Virus record (IMG/VR): IMGVR_UViG_3300035666_000153
Coordinates: 1-24,634 of that record
DNA length: 24,634 bases
Reading direction: 5' to 3' (one strand)
Source: a virus
Taxonomy: Duplodnaviria > Caudoviricetes
Position 1 is the stretch's first letter; the number at the start of each line of letters is the position of its first letter. The position numbers were made by a program, and so were the translations under genes. Shown here piece after piece: positions 1-8,972 of this stretch. The notes below the pieces were generated by a model that saw only the letters and a list, made by a program, of their open reading frames with translations, was not told the DNA's origin and did not search any database.

Positions 1-14
1 TAGACGCAAAAAAC

Positions 15-245
15 ATGAATAGCGTTACTGTGAATGGGATATTTAACATACATAAACTACTTGCAGAAAAACAATTAAGCAACGAACCAGTTCCACAATC
101 GTTTAATTTAGGAAGTGCTGAAATAAAGATTAATGAGTACAAATCCAAGCTAACTACAATAGTGTCTTCAGAAACAAAGAGAAAATACTACATTAACGAT
201 GGACTGTATCAGTGCGTAAAGCCGGTGATAAAAAATGTATTTTAA
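15..245 (+). CDS. hypothetical protein (possibly 5'-truncated by the window)
   Basis: ORF track; co-oriented with neighbours. Confidence 0.55.
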   Translation: MNSVTVNGIFNIHKLLAEKQLSNEPVPQSFNLGSAEIKINEYKSKLTTIVSSETKRKYYINDGLYQCVKPVIKNVF

Positions 246-276
246 TACATATTTATTTTTAAAATAACAACATAAA

Positions 277-603
277 ATGTCAGACGTTTTTAAGCCAAAA
301 TTAAGAGTTAGCGTTAGCGGTAAAAATTTACCTGTCGCTTTCGACTTAAATACAAGCGAAACAAAAAAGGGTATAGTAATATACTTTATATTGGAAGAAA
401 ACATACAAGATCCGAGAGATTTACAAGAGTTAACTAATAAGATAAGCACTTGGTTGCAAAAGAAATTTGCCGATCAAGAATTGATGGTTACTTATAACGA
501 CCGTAATGCGTATTCTAAAAACACAATATCGTTCATAGTACCGATGGCTTCTATGGTAGATCTTTTAGTAAGAAGTTTAAAGGGAAGCGGTACAGCTTCA
601 TAA
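277..603 (+). CDS. hypothetical phage protein
   Basis: 108 aa ORF preceded by CATATTTAT motif at 248. Confidence 0.75.
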   Translation: MSDVFKPKLRVSVSGKNLPVAFDLNTSETKKGIVIYFILEENIQDPRDLQELTNKISTWLQKKFADQELMVTYNDRNAYSKNTISFIVPMASMVDLLVRSLKGSGTAS

Positions 604-613
604 ATTATAAATT

Positions 614-928
614 ATGGTTTCGAAAAAAAGAAGGCCTCCAAGAGCCATATTCTACGACGCCTTAAACGTAAAGGCCGAAGATTATAAAGATTCGGAGCAG
701 TTGAAAACTCTGCTAAATAAAGAAATACCATTAGCGATATTTGACGCAGTTCATAACAGAAGAAATTCAGCGCTCGTATTCGAAATAAATAATTCAAGTA
801 ATTACTTAGAGATAAAAAAAGAATATTGGGCGAAGGCATTAGATTGGTGTTTACCACATTACGTGGAGTTAGAAGACTATAAAACTTGCTCTGAAATAAA
901 ATCTATTATAGAAAAATTAACACCTTAA
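614..928 (+). CDS. hypothetical protein with UVR-like C-terminal motif
   Basis: 104 aa; EDYKTCSEIKSI resembles the UVR (UvrB/C) coiled-coil motif. Confidence 0.7.
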   Translation: MVSKKRRPPRAIFYDALNVKAEDYKDSEQLKTLLNKEIPLAIFDAVHNRRNSALVFEINNSSNYLEIKKEYWAKALDWCLPHYVELEDYKTCSEIKSIIEKLTP

Positions 929-930
929 CA

Positions 931-1335
931 ATGGCAGAAGATTACAAAGAAATACAAGCTGCTGTAGAAAGCATACTGAATGTAAAGACTCATGTAAAGA
1001 GGAAAAAAAGAAATCAAACAGAGAAGCGAATGGAGCTCTTTGTTAACGTTATATCTAGATTAGAAGAGATTATAGTGAGATCTCAGATAATGAGCGTAGA
1101 CATGCAGTTAGATTTTTTTGAATACGATGAAAAATTTATGCAAGTTATAGACGCATTGTTTTACATAAATTTCGGTCAATCGGGATCAGATCTTATATCC
1201 TATTATTTGTATGAAAGAATAAACGAAGACGGATCGATCAATCCCATAATAGATAAGAACGGAACAGAAGTATACATAGAAACTCCTTATCAGTTGTGGA
1301 ACGTATTAAATGACATGAAAGTTCACGATCAATGA
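931..1335 (+). CDS. hypothetical phage protein
   Basis: 134 aa; tight spacing, ATGA overlap with the next gene. Confidence 0.75.
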   Translation: MAEDYKEIQAAVESILNVKTHVKRKKRNQTEKRMELFVNVISRLEEIIVRSQIMSVDMQLDFFEYDEKFMQVIDALFYINFGQSGSDLISYYLYERINEDGSINPIIDKNGTEVYIETPYQLWNVLNDMKVHDQ

Positions 1336-2102
1336 TCCCGAAAAAGAGAACAGGTTTACATCTAACTAGAAAAATATATACAGGAACTTGGAAGTATGCA
1401 GGATTGTCTCTTAGGGAAGAGGACATACTTGAGGCGATGAAGTACACGAAGTCCAATAACGAAGCAGCTAAGTACTTAGGTATATCTTATCCAACCTACA
1501 AAAAATACGCTAAGGCGTTCGTAGATCCCATCACCGGAAAAACTCTTTGGGAAACTCACCTAAACCAGAGTGGATTGGGTACATCTAGGCCCAACTTAAG
1601 CAGCTTTAAAGAAGAATCTTTAGATGAATTATTGCGTCCCAATCAGACGGCGACAGAAAAAAGAATAGCATCTCTAAAAATTAAACTACTCGCAGACGGT
1701 AGGTTGGGTCAAGCATGTTCTTGTTGTGGATACGATAAAGTTAGAAAATTGGACAATAGGTCTCCTTTACTTTTACACTTTAAAGATTTCGATAGATCTA
1801 ATTGGTCGCAAGATAACATTACTTTGCTGTGTTACAATTGCGCTTTTGATAAGGGATTGGACGAGTTTAGTAAGTCTGTTATGAGAAACATAGATGCTTT
1901 CGGTGTACTCGACGAGGGAATAACTAATTCTGCTAGAAGAACTTTTTACCAATTAGAAAATAGCGTAGTTGACGCACTTAATGTTGTAGAGGGCTTAAAC
2001 GAAGCTTCAGAGCGAGCAGCAAGAGACGAAAAAGAAGGTAAAGACGAATCCAACGATGACGACGGATCAGAAATGTCTTTGGTGAGTTATTTGTGGTCAT
2101 GA
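1332..2102 (+). CDS. HTH plus HNH-like Zn-binding endonuclease
   Basis: N-terminal HTH (NNEAAKYLGISYPTYKKYA); CSCCG...LLLHFKDFDRSNW...NITLLCYNC, the same architecture as 12519-12959. Confidence 0.7.
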   Translation: MIPKKRTGLHLTRKIYTGTWKYAGLSLREEDILEAMKYTKSNNEAAKYLGISYPTYKKYAKAFVDPITGKTLWETHLNQSGLGTSRPNLSSFKEESLDELLRPNQTATEKRIASLKIKLLADGRLGQACSCCGYDKVRKLDNRSPLLLHFKDFDRSNWSQDNITLLCYNCAFDKGLDEFSKSVMRNIDAFGVLDEGITNSARRTFYQLENSVVDALNVVEGLNEASERAARDEKEGKDESNDDDGSEMSLVSYLWS

Positions 2103-2116
2103 CTTCACCGTAACTA

Positions 2117-2157
2117 AATATTTTATTTTTAGTCAAATATCATATAATTTTACCTAT
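2117..2157 (+). promoter_or_regulatory. putative host-sigma-type (early) promoter
   Basis: AAATATTTTATTTTT...TATAATTTTACCTAT, matches the repeated motif ending in TAnnTTT(A/G). Confidence 0.5.
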
Positions 2158-2559
2158 ATGAAGAAAAATAAAAATCTGCACAGAGGTACAGCTAAGCGAA
2201 TATTTGAATGGTGCGTAAAAAATTATGGTAGATCAAAGTATAACGGTACATACCCAAATTTAAAATATGTAGATACCAACAAACTCGAAGGATTCACTGG
2301 TGACGGATTTTACGAAGACTTAGAAAACACAATATACGTAAATAGTAAATCACCGAATATTAAAAATTTAGAAGACTTAGCTAGGACGATAATTCATGAG
2401 TACTCACATTACAAATTTCATAATATGAACAAGTATTATGATCTAGCAGAAAAGTTCACTCATGATAATCATCCATACGAAATAGAAGCAAATCAAATAG
2501 AAGACAGAGATTACACAAAGTGTCTATTGCACATGAGACAAATTTTTAAAATTAAGTAA
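2158..2559 (+). CDS. zincin-like metalloprotein (HExxH)
   Basis: TIIHEYSHY plus downstream HPYEIEA. Confidence 0.75.
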   Translation: MKKNKNLHRGTAKRIFEWCVKNYGRSKYNGTYPNLKYVDTNKLEGFTGDGFYEDLENTIYVNSKSPNIKNLEDLARTIIHEYSHYKFHNMNKYYDLAEKFTHDNHPYEIEANQIEDRDYTKCLLHMRQIFKIK

Positions 2560-2581
2560 TATTTACAATATTTATCTTCAG

Positions 2582-2800
2582 TTGACAATGGTATTAGAAC
2601 AAGCTTTAGAGACGATAGCCCACTCGGTAATACCCGAAGGTGTACATGAAGTCCTACACATAGATTGTAGAGATGCATGGGTTAAAACAGTGTCTGATAT
2701 GGTAGAAAAAAGAATGATGCCTGCAACTACACAAAACATTAAAAAGTTAGCGAATGGCTGGGAAACATTATTATACCTAAAATATAGCTCATTGAACTGA
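2582..2800 (+). CDS. hypothetical protein (start possibly ATG 2588)
   Basis: ORF after AATATTTAT motif; TGATG coupling to the next gene. Confidence 0.6.
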   Translation: MTMVLEQALETIAHSVIPEGVHEVLHIDCRDAWVKTVSDMVEKRMMPATTQNIKKLANGWETLLYLKYSSLN

Positions 2801-3144
2801 TGGAAAAATTAGCTTTAACCTCATTATTACAACAACCAAACGTAACAACCGGACAAGACGTAATGTTACAGTATGGTGTACTCGGAGTTTTGTCCGTTTG
2901 CCTTGGATATTTTGCATACAATCAGTATACAAGATTACTTAAGAAAAACGATGATCTTGAGAAAAAAGTTGATAAACTTCAAAATGAAATGATGACGCTT
3001 TTAGTTGAAGAACGTGAGAGAATGTCACAATTAGTTAAAGAAAATACTCAAGCTTTAATAAGTTTACAGAACTTGATATATCAAACTTTAGTAGCAGCGC
3101 AAATATCGATACCAAACCACCTCACGAGCAATAAAGAGGAATAA
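2800..3144 (+). CDS. membrane protein with coiled coil (holin-like, BhlA/UviB-type architecture)
   Basis: single TM segment YGVLGVLSVCLGYFAY followed by heptad repeats. Confidence 0.6.
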   Translation: MEKLALTSLLQQPNVTTGQDVMLQYGVLGVLSVCLGYFAYNQYTRLLKKNDDLEKKVDKLQNEMMTLLVEERERMSQLVKENTQALISLQNLIYQTLVAAQISIPNHLTSNKEE

Positions 3145-3167
3145 TCAAACACATATAAAAATAAGTT

Positions 3168-3392
3168 ATGAAAGAAAAGAAGCACATTTGCAAAGTCTGT
3201 AAGAAAGAAATACATAGGCTTAGGGTAAAATTGGGATACACAGACACGTGCGTAGAGCATTCCACGTCTCAGAAGTATACAGGTATAATATCTTCGGTAG
3301 GAAACACAGAAACTTATGAAATGCAAATTATCAAAGATCCAGAATTGGCAAAGAGGATGGTCAACTTAGCAAATTCTAGATATTCAGACTAA
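3168..3392 (+). CDS. small Zn-finger protein, DksA/TraR C4-like
   Basis: CKVCKKEIHRLRVKLGYTDTCVEH. Confidence 0.6.
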   Translation: MKEKKHICKVCKKEIHRLRVKLGYTDTCVEHSTSQKYTGIISSVGNTETYEMQIIKDPELAKRMVNLANSRYSD

Positions 3393-3398
3393 TATTTA

Positions 3399-3596
3399 TT
3401 GAAAAATACCATGAAGCCCCAATTAAAAGAGATGCTTAAAAACATGTCTCCAGAAGATAGACAACAATTAAAAGAGTATGCAGATTCTTTAAAAGAGATA
3501 CGAAAGGCGATGTCTGAAATAATAAAATCAGCGAAAAGCAAATCAATGAAAGAGGTTGGAGGCAATATGATGGGTAAATCATTGCCTATAAAATAA
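3399..3596 (+). CDS. hypothetical protein (start possibly ATG 3411)
   Basis: ORF after AATATTTAT at 3391. Confidence 0.6.
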   Translation: MKNTMKPQLKEMLKNMSPEDRQQLKEYADSLKEIRKAMSEIIKSAKSKSMKEVGGNMMGKSLPIK

Positions 3597-3610
3597 TAAA
3601 ATAAATCGTT

Positions 3611-3976
3611 ATGAAAAAAACAAAAAAGCATTGGTATACGAATGTTAAAAAGTACATTTTAAATTTGTATTACCTTACATTCTACAAAAAAAGACTAGAA
3701 AAAGAGAGACTTCAAATATTATCTGGTTTATTAGATACAGATAATTCTATATGGAAATACGTAATCGATAAACGTAAAGCAATTCCATCGCTCGCTTCAC
3801 ATATATATGTCCAAAAATCACAGAAGATTGAATCTTTACCTATCAATCCTTCTACAGGAGAAGTATGGTTCGTAAATGAACACTTTCAGCCTAAAGATTC
3901 TGCTGATGTCATCGCAACTAATGCTGAATTTACTGGATCACTTAATAATGAGGACAGTACTAAAATAGCAGATTAA
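3611..3976 (+). CDS. hypothetical protein
   Basis: 121 aa ORF. Confidence 0.65.
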   Translation: MKKTKKHWYTNVKKYILNLYYLTFYKKRLEKERLQILSGLLDTDNSIWKYVIDKRKAIPSLASHIYVQKSQKIESLPINPSTGEVWFVNEHFQPKDSADVIATNAEFTGSLNNEDSTKIAD

Positions 3977-3981
3977 GATTC

Positions 3982-4542
3982 ATGATAAAATTAAAAACCA
4001 TATTAAAAGAAGTATTACAAGAACTTGAAATACCATCCAATATATGGATAGATTATGACTTGGGTAAAGTAGATAATGACGGTATGAATAATATATGGAA
4101 TATGTACCAAACTTCATATCTTAAACAAGGCATGGATTTATCTGCTAATTCAGCTTCTGAAATGCGATCAAAATATAAAGCAGTTCGTTTAAAAGATATA
4201 GATAATGATAAGATACCAGATGCATTTATCATCTATAAACCAAGTACATTTGGTAATAAAATTGCATTACTTGCCACAAACGGAAAACCAGAAGCCAAAA
4301 GAGATTTAGTTAATCATGCAATTAAATTATGTAAAACTCCAGGTTGGTTTATTGAAGCAAGTGCAAAGATGGAGGATATTATGAAATCATCTGGTGCACC
4401 CGCAGTTACAGACGAAAAGAAAATTATAGATATTTTAGGTAATGATAAAGAGCTTGACTTTATAGGAGATGGATATTATACTCGTAATCTTTCGAAAGTA
4501 AATAAACGAATTGTAAAAAGAATCTACGGTATACCTAATTAG
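3982..4542 (+). CDS. hypothetical phage protein with MIKLKTILKE N-terminus
   Basis: 186 aa ORF. Confidence 0.75.
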   Translation: MIKLKTILKEVLQELEIPSNIWIDYDLGKVDNDGMNNIWNMYQTSYLKQGMDLSANSASEMRSKYKAVRLKDIDNDKIPDAFIIYKPSTFGNKIALLATNGKPEAKRDLVNHAIKLCKTPGWFIEASAKMEDIMKSSGAPAVTDEKKIIDILGNDKELDFIGDGYYTRNLSKVNKRIVKRIYGIPN

Positions 4543-4570
4543 ATTTAACATTCATAATTAAATAAAGGTT

Positions 4571-4930
4571 GTGACCAGAATAAATATAGGAATTCCAGTA
4601 AAAGAGTTACATTATAAACACTTATTGGCCGAACACCGAGAAATAGTCAGGGTACCTACGCTGGCAAAAAGAAGAACGCATTTCTCGGACATACCTAAAC
4701 AGTTTACCCTCGGTAGGGGTCACGTTAAGTTTTTTTACGATAAGTTAAAGTATCTAAGGAACAGATACGAAGAGCTCTTCGAAGAGTGCATCAATCGAGG
4801 ATTCAATGTCACGTATTACGGCACTTCGTGGGCCGACGTACCTGAAAAATTGATGGGCGATTATATACCGACCCAAAACGATATAGAGATTATAGAAAAA
4901 AGATTGAAGGAAAGGGCACCTAAGAATTAA
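4571..4930 (+). CDS. denV: pyrimidine-dimer DNA glycosylase / T4 endonuclease V
   Basis: MTRIN start, HLLAEHREIVRV, FTLGRGHVKFFYDKLKYL. Confidence 0.93.
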   Translation: MTRINIGIPVKELHYKHLLAEHREIVRVPTLAKRRTHFSDIPKQFTLGRGHVKFFYDKLKYLRNRYEELFEECINRGFNVTYYGTSWADVPEKLMGDYIPTQNDIEIIEKRLKERAPKN

Positions 4931-4999
4931 AATTAATTGTATAAATTATTTTACTTATTTTTATCAAAAGTACAAATAATGTTTATACAATAGAAGTTT

Positions 5000-5401
5000 A
5001 TGAATAACGAAAGATACGAGCAGATTATTGATGAAGCGTACAAGAATTACCAAAAATACCCATTAGCAACAAGATACGATCATCGTACAAATCTTCTTTA
5101 TAAAAATAGTCATAAAGGTTGGTGTATGTTGAATGGTCGTTCTATGATATCTCCGCATCCAACTCGTCATTTAACAAAAGAAGAATTCATCAACAAATGT
5201 AAAATCGATTCAGAGTTTTCTCAAGAGTTTGGATTGAAGATTGAGGAGCGAGAATTGAGTTTGGAAGAACGAACTCAATTGGCAAGAGGTAAAGTTGTTC
5301 CATTACTCGGTAGTAAAGAAGATTCATATAATGAAGCTGGTATCCCAACTAAACTAATCACACTAACATATAACAACGAAACAATAGAAAGTTATGAATA
5401 A
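5000..5401 (+). CDS. protein resembling the non-catalytic insertion segments of the neighbouring ThyA
   Basis: EEFINKCKIDSEFSQEFG, RELSLEER and IPTKLITL match ThyA segments. Confidence 0.7.
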   Translation: MNNERYEQIIDEAYKNYQKYPLATRYDHRTNLLYKNSHKGWCMLNGRSMISPHPTRHLTKEEFINKCKIDSEFSQEFGLKIEERELSLEERTQLARGKVVPLLGSKEDSYNEAGIPTKLITLTYNNETIESYE

Positions 5402-5624
5402 GCAAGAGTTTAAATCAGGAATAGTATACCTTCCCTATATTACAAAAATAATTAGTACTTCTATTAATGGTACGACTGTTTGGCACAGTAATAAATTTAT
5501 TAATTTCTGGTTAAAAATAAAATTCTTTTTTTATAAACCAGAAGCCCTTAAAAAATTAGAAATTTACGCAAATAAAAAAGTCTCTGCAAAATATTATCAA
5601 TCTATTAAAATTAAAGCAAAATGA
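5394..5624 (+). CDS. hypothetical protein
   Basis: overlapping start/stop coupling. Confidence 0.65.
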   Translation: MNKQEFKSGIVYLPYITKIISTSINGTTVWHSNKFINFWLKIKFFFYKPEALKKLEIYANKKVSAKYYQSIKIKAK

Positions 5625-5905
5625 ATAAGATATCAAATTTGTTTATGAATCTAATTCGTATCATAATACCAAAAACCGAGTTAGAAAAGATTATTGATCA
5701 TATCAGCACTTTAAAAAACGATCCAGATAACTATGGAAAAATTTCCGCAATGTATCTTAAACTGCATACAATGTATGCTGTAATGATTGGAAAACGTGGC
5801 GATGTTAGTATAAACTTTTATTACTCTCAATTTTTCTTTAATCTTCATAAGGATTATAGAGAGAGATATTTTGAACATAAATTAAAACAAAACGAAAATG
5901 AATAA
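5621..5905 (+). CDS. hypothetical protein
   Basis: ATGA coupling. Confidence 0.65.
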   Translation: MNKISNLFMNLIRIIIPKTELEKIIDHISTLKNDPDNYGKISAMYLKLHTMYAVMIGKRGDVSINFYYSQFFFNLHKDYRERYFEHKLKQNENE

Positions 5906-6113
5906 TATAGACGAACGAATAAAAGAAGGAGCTAAATTAGCACGTAAACACGAAGAGCTACGTGATCAAATTCTAAATGATCCTAATATGCCACAAGAGA
6001 TAAAAGATATTATCATTGAGAATAGAATACCTGATGATAAGATTGTTGATTTAACTGATGGTAGAAGAATAAAATACATTAACCCTGATACATTTGAAAT
6101 TGAATATGAATAA
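5898..6113 (+). CDS. hypothetical protein
   Basis: coupled ORF; begins ATGAATAATATAGAC, identical to the thyA start. Confidence 0.65.
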   Translation: MNNIDERIKEGAKLARKHEELRDQILNDPNMPQEIKDIIIENRIPDDKIVDLTDGRRIKYINPDTFEIEYE

Positions 6114-7395
6114 TATAGACCGTCAATACCAATCACTCCTCCAAGATATACTTGACAAGGGTATCACTAAAAGCGATCGTACTGGTACTGGTACGCTATC
6201 AGTATTTGGTAGACAGATCCGTCATAAGATGAGTGAGGGGTTTCCACTCCTAACAACAAAAAAGATGGCTTGGAAGTCAATCGTAACAGAACTACTATGG
6301 TTCTTACGAGGTGATACTAACATCAAATTCTTAGTGGATAATGGTTGTCATATTTGGAACGGAGATTGCTATAAGAAGTACTATACTGAATGGAATAAAA
6401 GTATTCCAGGTGATGGTATATTTAGTTCTAATGAGTATAAATCACCAACAAAATATGAATCAACTAATTTTAATCAGGAAGAATTCATCAACAAAATCAA
6501 AACAGATGATGAGTTTGCTAAGAAGTGGGGTGATTTAGGACCGATTTACGGTAAGCAGTGGAGAAATTGGAAAAAACCAATTAAAACTATCGGTGACCCT
6601 AAACCATCGCAACAACCAATTGACCAAATCGCAAACCTAATTAATGACATCAAAACAAATCCTGATTCAAGACGTTTAATGGTTAATGCGTGGAATGTAG
6701 GTTATTTAGAAAAAATGACGTTACCACCATGTCATTATGGATTTCAAGTTTATACAAGAGAGTTGAGTTTGGAAGAGAGGCTTAAGTTGTGTAATGTAGA
6801 TATTGATACAGATATTGATGAAGCTATTAAAAAAGATAGTAGAGACATTATAAAAAAATACCTAGATTACACTAATACCCCAACACGAGCAATCTCTCTA
6901 ATGTGGAACCAACGCAGTGTTGATACATTCCTTGGTTTACCATTCAACATAGCATCTTATGGACTACTATTAGAAATTATAGCTAAGGTAGTTAATATGG
7001 TACCTGATGAATTGATTGGCAACTTAGGCGACGTACACCTTTACAATAACCACATTGAACAAGCAAAAGAACAGATTGGTAGAGAGTTGAGTTTGGAAGA
7101 ACGAGTTGAATTGTTCATAAAACAAAACAATGGTTCACATCCTTACGATATTGAAATGTTGGATGATTATAATATCCTAACTAGAACAAGAGAACCTTAT
7201 GAATTACCATCATTAAATATCAACACTGAATTTTGGCAAACAGAAAGTGGTGAATGTGGTATAGGACTACTTAGTACAGACGGATTTATTTCAGCCTTAT
7301 CTAATGATGCTTTTATAAAATGTTTATTAGAAGAAGATATACAGTTAGGAAACTATCAATCACATCCAGCAATTAAAGCACCTTTAAGTAATTAA
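6106..7395 (+). CDS. thyA: thymidylate synthase with insertions
   Basis: DRTGTGT, FPLLTTKK, ELLWFLRG, DLGPIYGKQWR, PDSRRL, LPPCH, QRSVDTFLGLPFNIASY, GDVHLYNNH; ATG 6106 preferred over TTG 6094. Confidence 0.97.
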   Translation: MNNIDRQYQSLLQDILDKGITKSDRTGTGTLSVFGRQIRHKMSEGFPLLTTKKMAWKSIVTELLWFLRGDTNIKFLVDNGCHIWNGDCYKKYYTEWNKSIPGDGIFSSNEYKSPTKYESTNFNQEEFINKIKTDDEFAKKWGDLGPIYGKQWRNWKKPIKTIGDPKPSQQPIDQIANLINDIKTNPDSRRLMVNAWNVGYLEKMTLPPCHYGFQVYTRELSLEERLKLCNVDIDTDIDEAIKKDSRDIIKKYLDYTNTPTRAISLMWNQRSVDTFLGLPFNIASYGLLLEIIAKVVNMVPDELIGNLGDVHLYNNHIEQAKEQIGRELSLEERVELFIKQNNGSHPYDIEMLDDYNILTRTREPYELPSLNINTEFWQTESGECGIGLLSTDGFISALSNDAFIKCLLEEDIQLGNYQSHPAIKAPLSN

Positions 7396-7423
7396 TATAA
7401 ATCATAAAATAAAAACAACAGTT

Positions 7424-7576
7424 ATGGCAAAACAAAAACAATCGACAAAAAATTTAAGCGGTAGAGGCTACGATTACGAAGAATTTAGAACTTCGATCTT
7501 AAATCTATTAAATAACTATTTGCTATTGACCACTCAAGAACGTAACGATATCGTTAAAATGGCTAAAAGATTTTAG
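7424..7576 (+). CDS. small hypothetical protein (50 aa, MAKQKQSTKNLSGRGYDYEEF...)
   Basis: read manually; A-rich leader before ATG. Confidence 0.6.
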   Translation: MAKQKQSTKNLSGRGYDYEEFRTSILNLLNNYLLLTTQERNDIVKMAKRF

Positions 7577-7583
7577 TGGCCAG

Positions 7584-7659
7584 AAAATTCTTTATTGATA
7601 ACCAATCAGTTGCGCACATTGGTAATCAATCAGTTGCACACAACTAATTGGAAATTAAC
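7584..7659. repeat. cluster of TTG(A/G)(T/A)AA(C/T)CAATCAGTT repeats (2 direct, 1 inverted)
   Basis: copies at 7584-7611, 7618-7636 and inverted 7641-7659; same motif at 15490-15622 and 20091-20160. Confidence 0.8.
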
Positions 7660-7672
7660 GATATCACTTAAA

Positions 7673-7715
7673 AAATAAATTTTTTTATATCAAATAGTTG
7701 TCGTAATTTTAACTT
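7673..7715 (+). promoter_or_regulatory. putative promoter P1 of the ncRNA/tRNA region
   Basis: AAATAAATTTTTTTATATCAAATAGTTGTCGTAATTTTAAC, nearly identical to 15635-15677. Confidence 0.65.
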
Positions 7716-7762
7716 ATATCACAATCAAAAAATGTTATTTTAAAATAAACTTTAGCACCAAA

Positions 7763-7806
7763 AAATTAAATTTTTTTATTTCATTTAGCTATCGTATATT
7801 TACTAT
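7763..7806 (+). promoter_or_regulatory. putative tandem promoter P2
   Basis: AAATTAAATTTTTTTATTTC...CGTATATTTACTAT. Confidence 0.6.
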
Positions 7807-7834
7807 ATAACATTAACAAACAGATCTTTGAACA

Positions 7835-8686
7835 TACTGTTATCCATTAACGAGGCTTCGGCTAAGTTATAAATAACATTCGGCTGCATATAGTCGTTAA
7901 ATAAACCGGGAAACCGGTATAAAGTGAGATCAATTGCTAAAATGATCTTGCGCCTTGTAAAAGAGGTCGAGTATGCACACGGAATATCTATCAACCTTAA
8001 TTATCGAGGGTAACACTGTAGAGAAAGTGGTTGATAGACTCGGTGACTGTGGGTCATTGAGTTGAGCTTGGAAAAGCAATAAGAATAATCCGTACGGGTA
8101 CATGCAAAAAGTTTGGTTATCCGATCAAATTATTGCGTTACTCATTGTTGGAACGTAGTCTTAAAGCCGAAAGGCATGATAAAAAACAGGTGGTGCTGTT
8201 GTTATCCTATACAGTTGTTTACCAAAGCGCGGTATCGAAGATTACTAACAACATCGAGGTAGGGATACTTCATAAGGTAGTTGAATATCTACCCTGACAA
8301 AATCGGGGCCGGTTCAGCGGTGAGCCACTACCTTTACAATCCACAAGCTAAACTTTGCCTTTTGACGCAAATCAAATTAAACAAAGCCAAAGCGCTCACC
8401 AGCTACGGACGAAAGATGCCTACACAGTAACGAGTTGTTCGTTGCACTAAAAGGCCGCAAGCCAATTAGTAGTTTTCCGAAAAGGTCGTAATCTCGCAAG
8501 GATTAGTCAGCACGGCAGTGTTGAACGATTGGAGTAAGAAGAGAGTAGTCCAAATAAAAGTAGCTCAAGGGGTGATTAGTCTAACTAATCGGCATTGTCG
8601 GAATAGTTTTCAAAAGAAACTGGACAAAGGGGGAAACAAACATAATCCTCGCAAAGATTCGACACACAAAGCTATAGTCTCAGGCT
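7835..8686 (+). ncRNA. giant structured ncRNA, GOLLD-like (~850 nt)
   Basis: no credible ORF; GC-richer than flanks; many tetraloop hairpins (CCGG-GAAA-CCGG, GCC-GAAA-GGC, GGC-CGCAA-GCC, ATCT-CGCAAG-GAT); size and position beside a phage tRNA array; 3' end AGAGTAGT...GTAGCTCAA...AGTCTCAGGCT recalled as GOLLD-like; boundaries approximate. Confidence 0.7.
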
Positions 8687-8694
8687 TTTATTTT

Positions 8695-8737
8695 TACATT
8701 AAAGGTTAGTGTGGGTTCGATTCCCACGAATGTAGCA
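8695..8737 (+). ncRNA. tRNA minihelix (acceptor stem plus T arm only)
   Basis: TACATT...GTGGG-TTCGATT-CCCAC-GAATGTA-GCA. Confidence 0.55.
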
Positions 8738-8745
8738 TAATTACG

Positions 8746-8755
8746 CATATTTATA
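8746..8755 (+). promoter_or_regulatory. CATATTTATA phage promoter-like motif upstream of the leader
   Basis: also at 248, 2567, 3391, 10555, 12506 and 13060, always shortly before a start codon. Confidence 0.55.
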
Positions 8756-8770
8756 AACGTAAAATTAATC

Positions 8771-8914
8771 ATGGCACGAATATTAACACATACAGCAACT
8801 TGGCAAAACGAACGTAGAAGTACGTTGCTGGTGGGGTATTGCTTTAGTTCGATTAATGCGGACGTGCAGGGCAAACCGAAAATACCAGGGCTATGTGATA
8901 CTAATTTAGGATAA
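8771..8914 (+). CDS. putative attenuator leader peptide (47 aa, all 20 amino acids)
   Basis: MARILTHTATWQNERRSTLLVGYCFSSINADVQGKPKIPGLCDTNLG*; contains ACCAGGGCT (8884-8892), complementary to the 5' arm of the terminator. Confidence 0.75.
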   Translation: MARILTHTATWQNERRSTLLVGYCFSSINADVQGKPKIPGLCDTNLG

Positions 8915-8936
8915 ACTCTAAATAAAAAGAAATTAC

Positions 8937-8970
8937 AAAAGCCCTGGTTCAAAAAATCAGGGCTTTTTTT
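8937..8970 (+). terminator. intrinsic terminator (attenuator) directly before the first tRNA
   Basis: AAAAGCCCTGGTT-CAAAA-AATCAGGGCTTTTTTT. Confidence 0.88.
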
Positions 8971-8972
8971 AT

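Noticed and set aside
6106-7395. Intein or intron in thyA explaining its length
   Set aside because: The extra length is several short in-frame insertions; no C...HN splice motifs or LAGLIDADG domain.
7584-7659. CRISPR mini-array
   Set aside because: Repeats are short, include inverted copies and have ~5-nt gaps rather than spacers; no cas genes.
7803-8952. ORFs 7803-7994(-), 8518-8709(+) and 8680-8952(-)
   Set aside because: They overlap the structured large RNA or lie antisense to the leader and terminator; no protein motifs.
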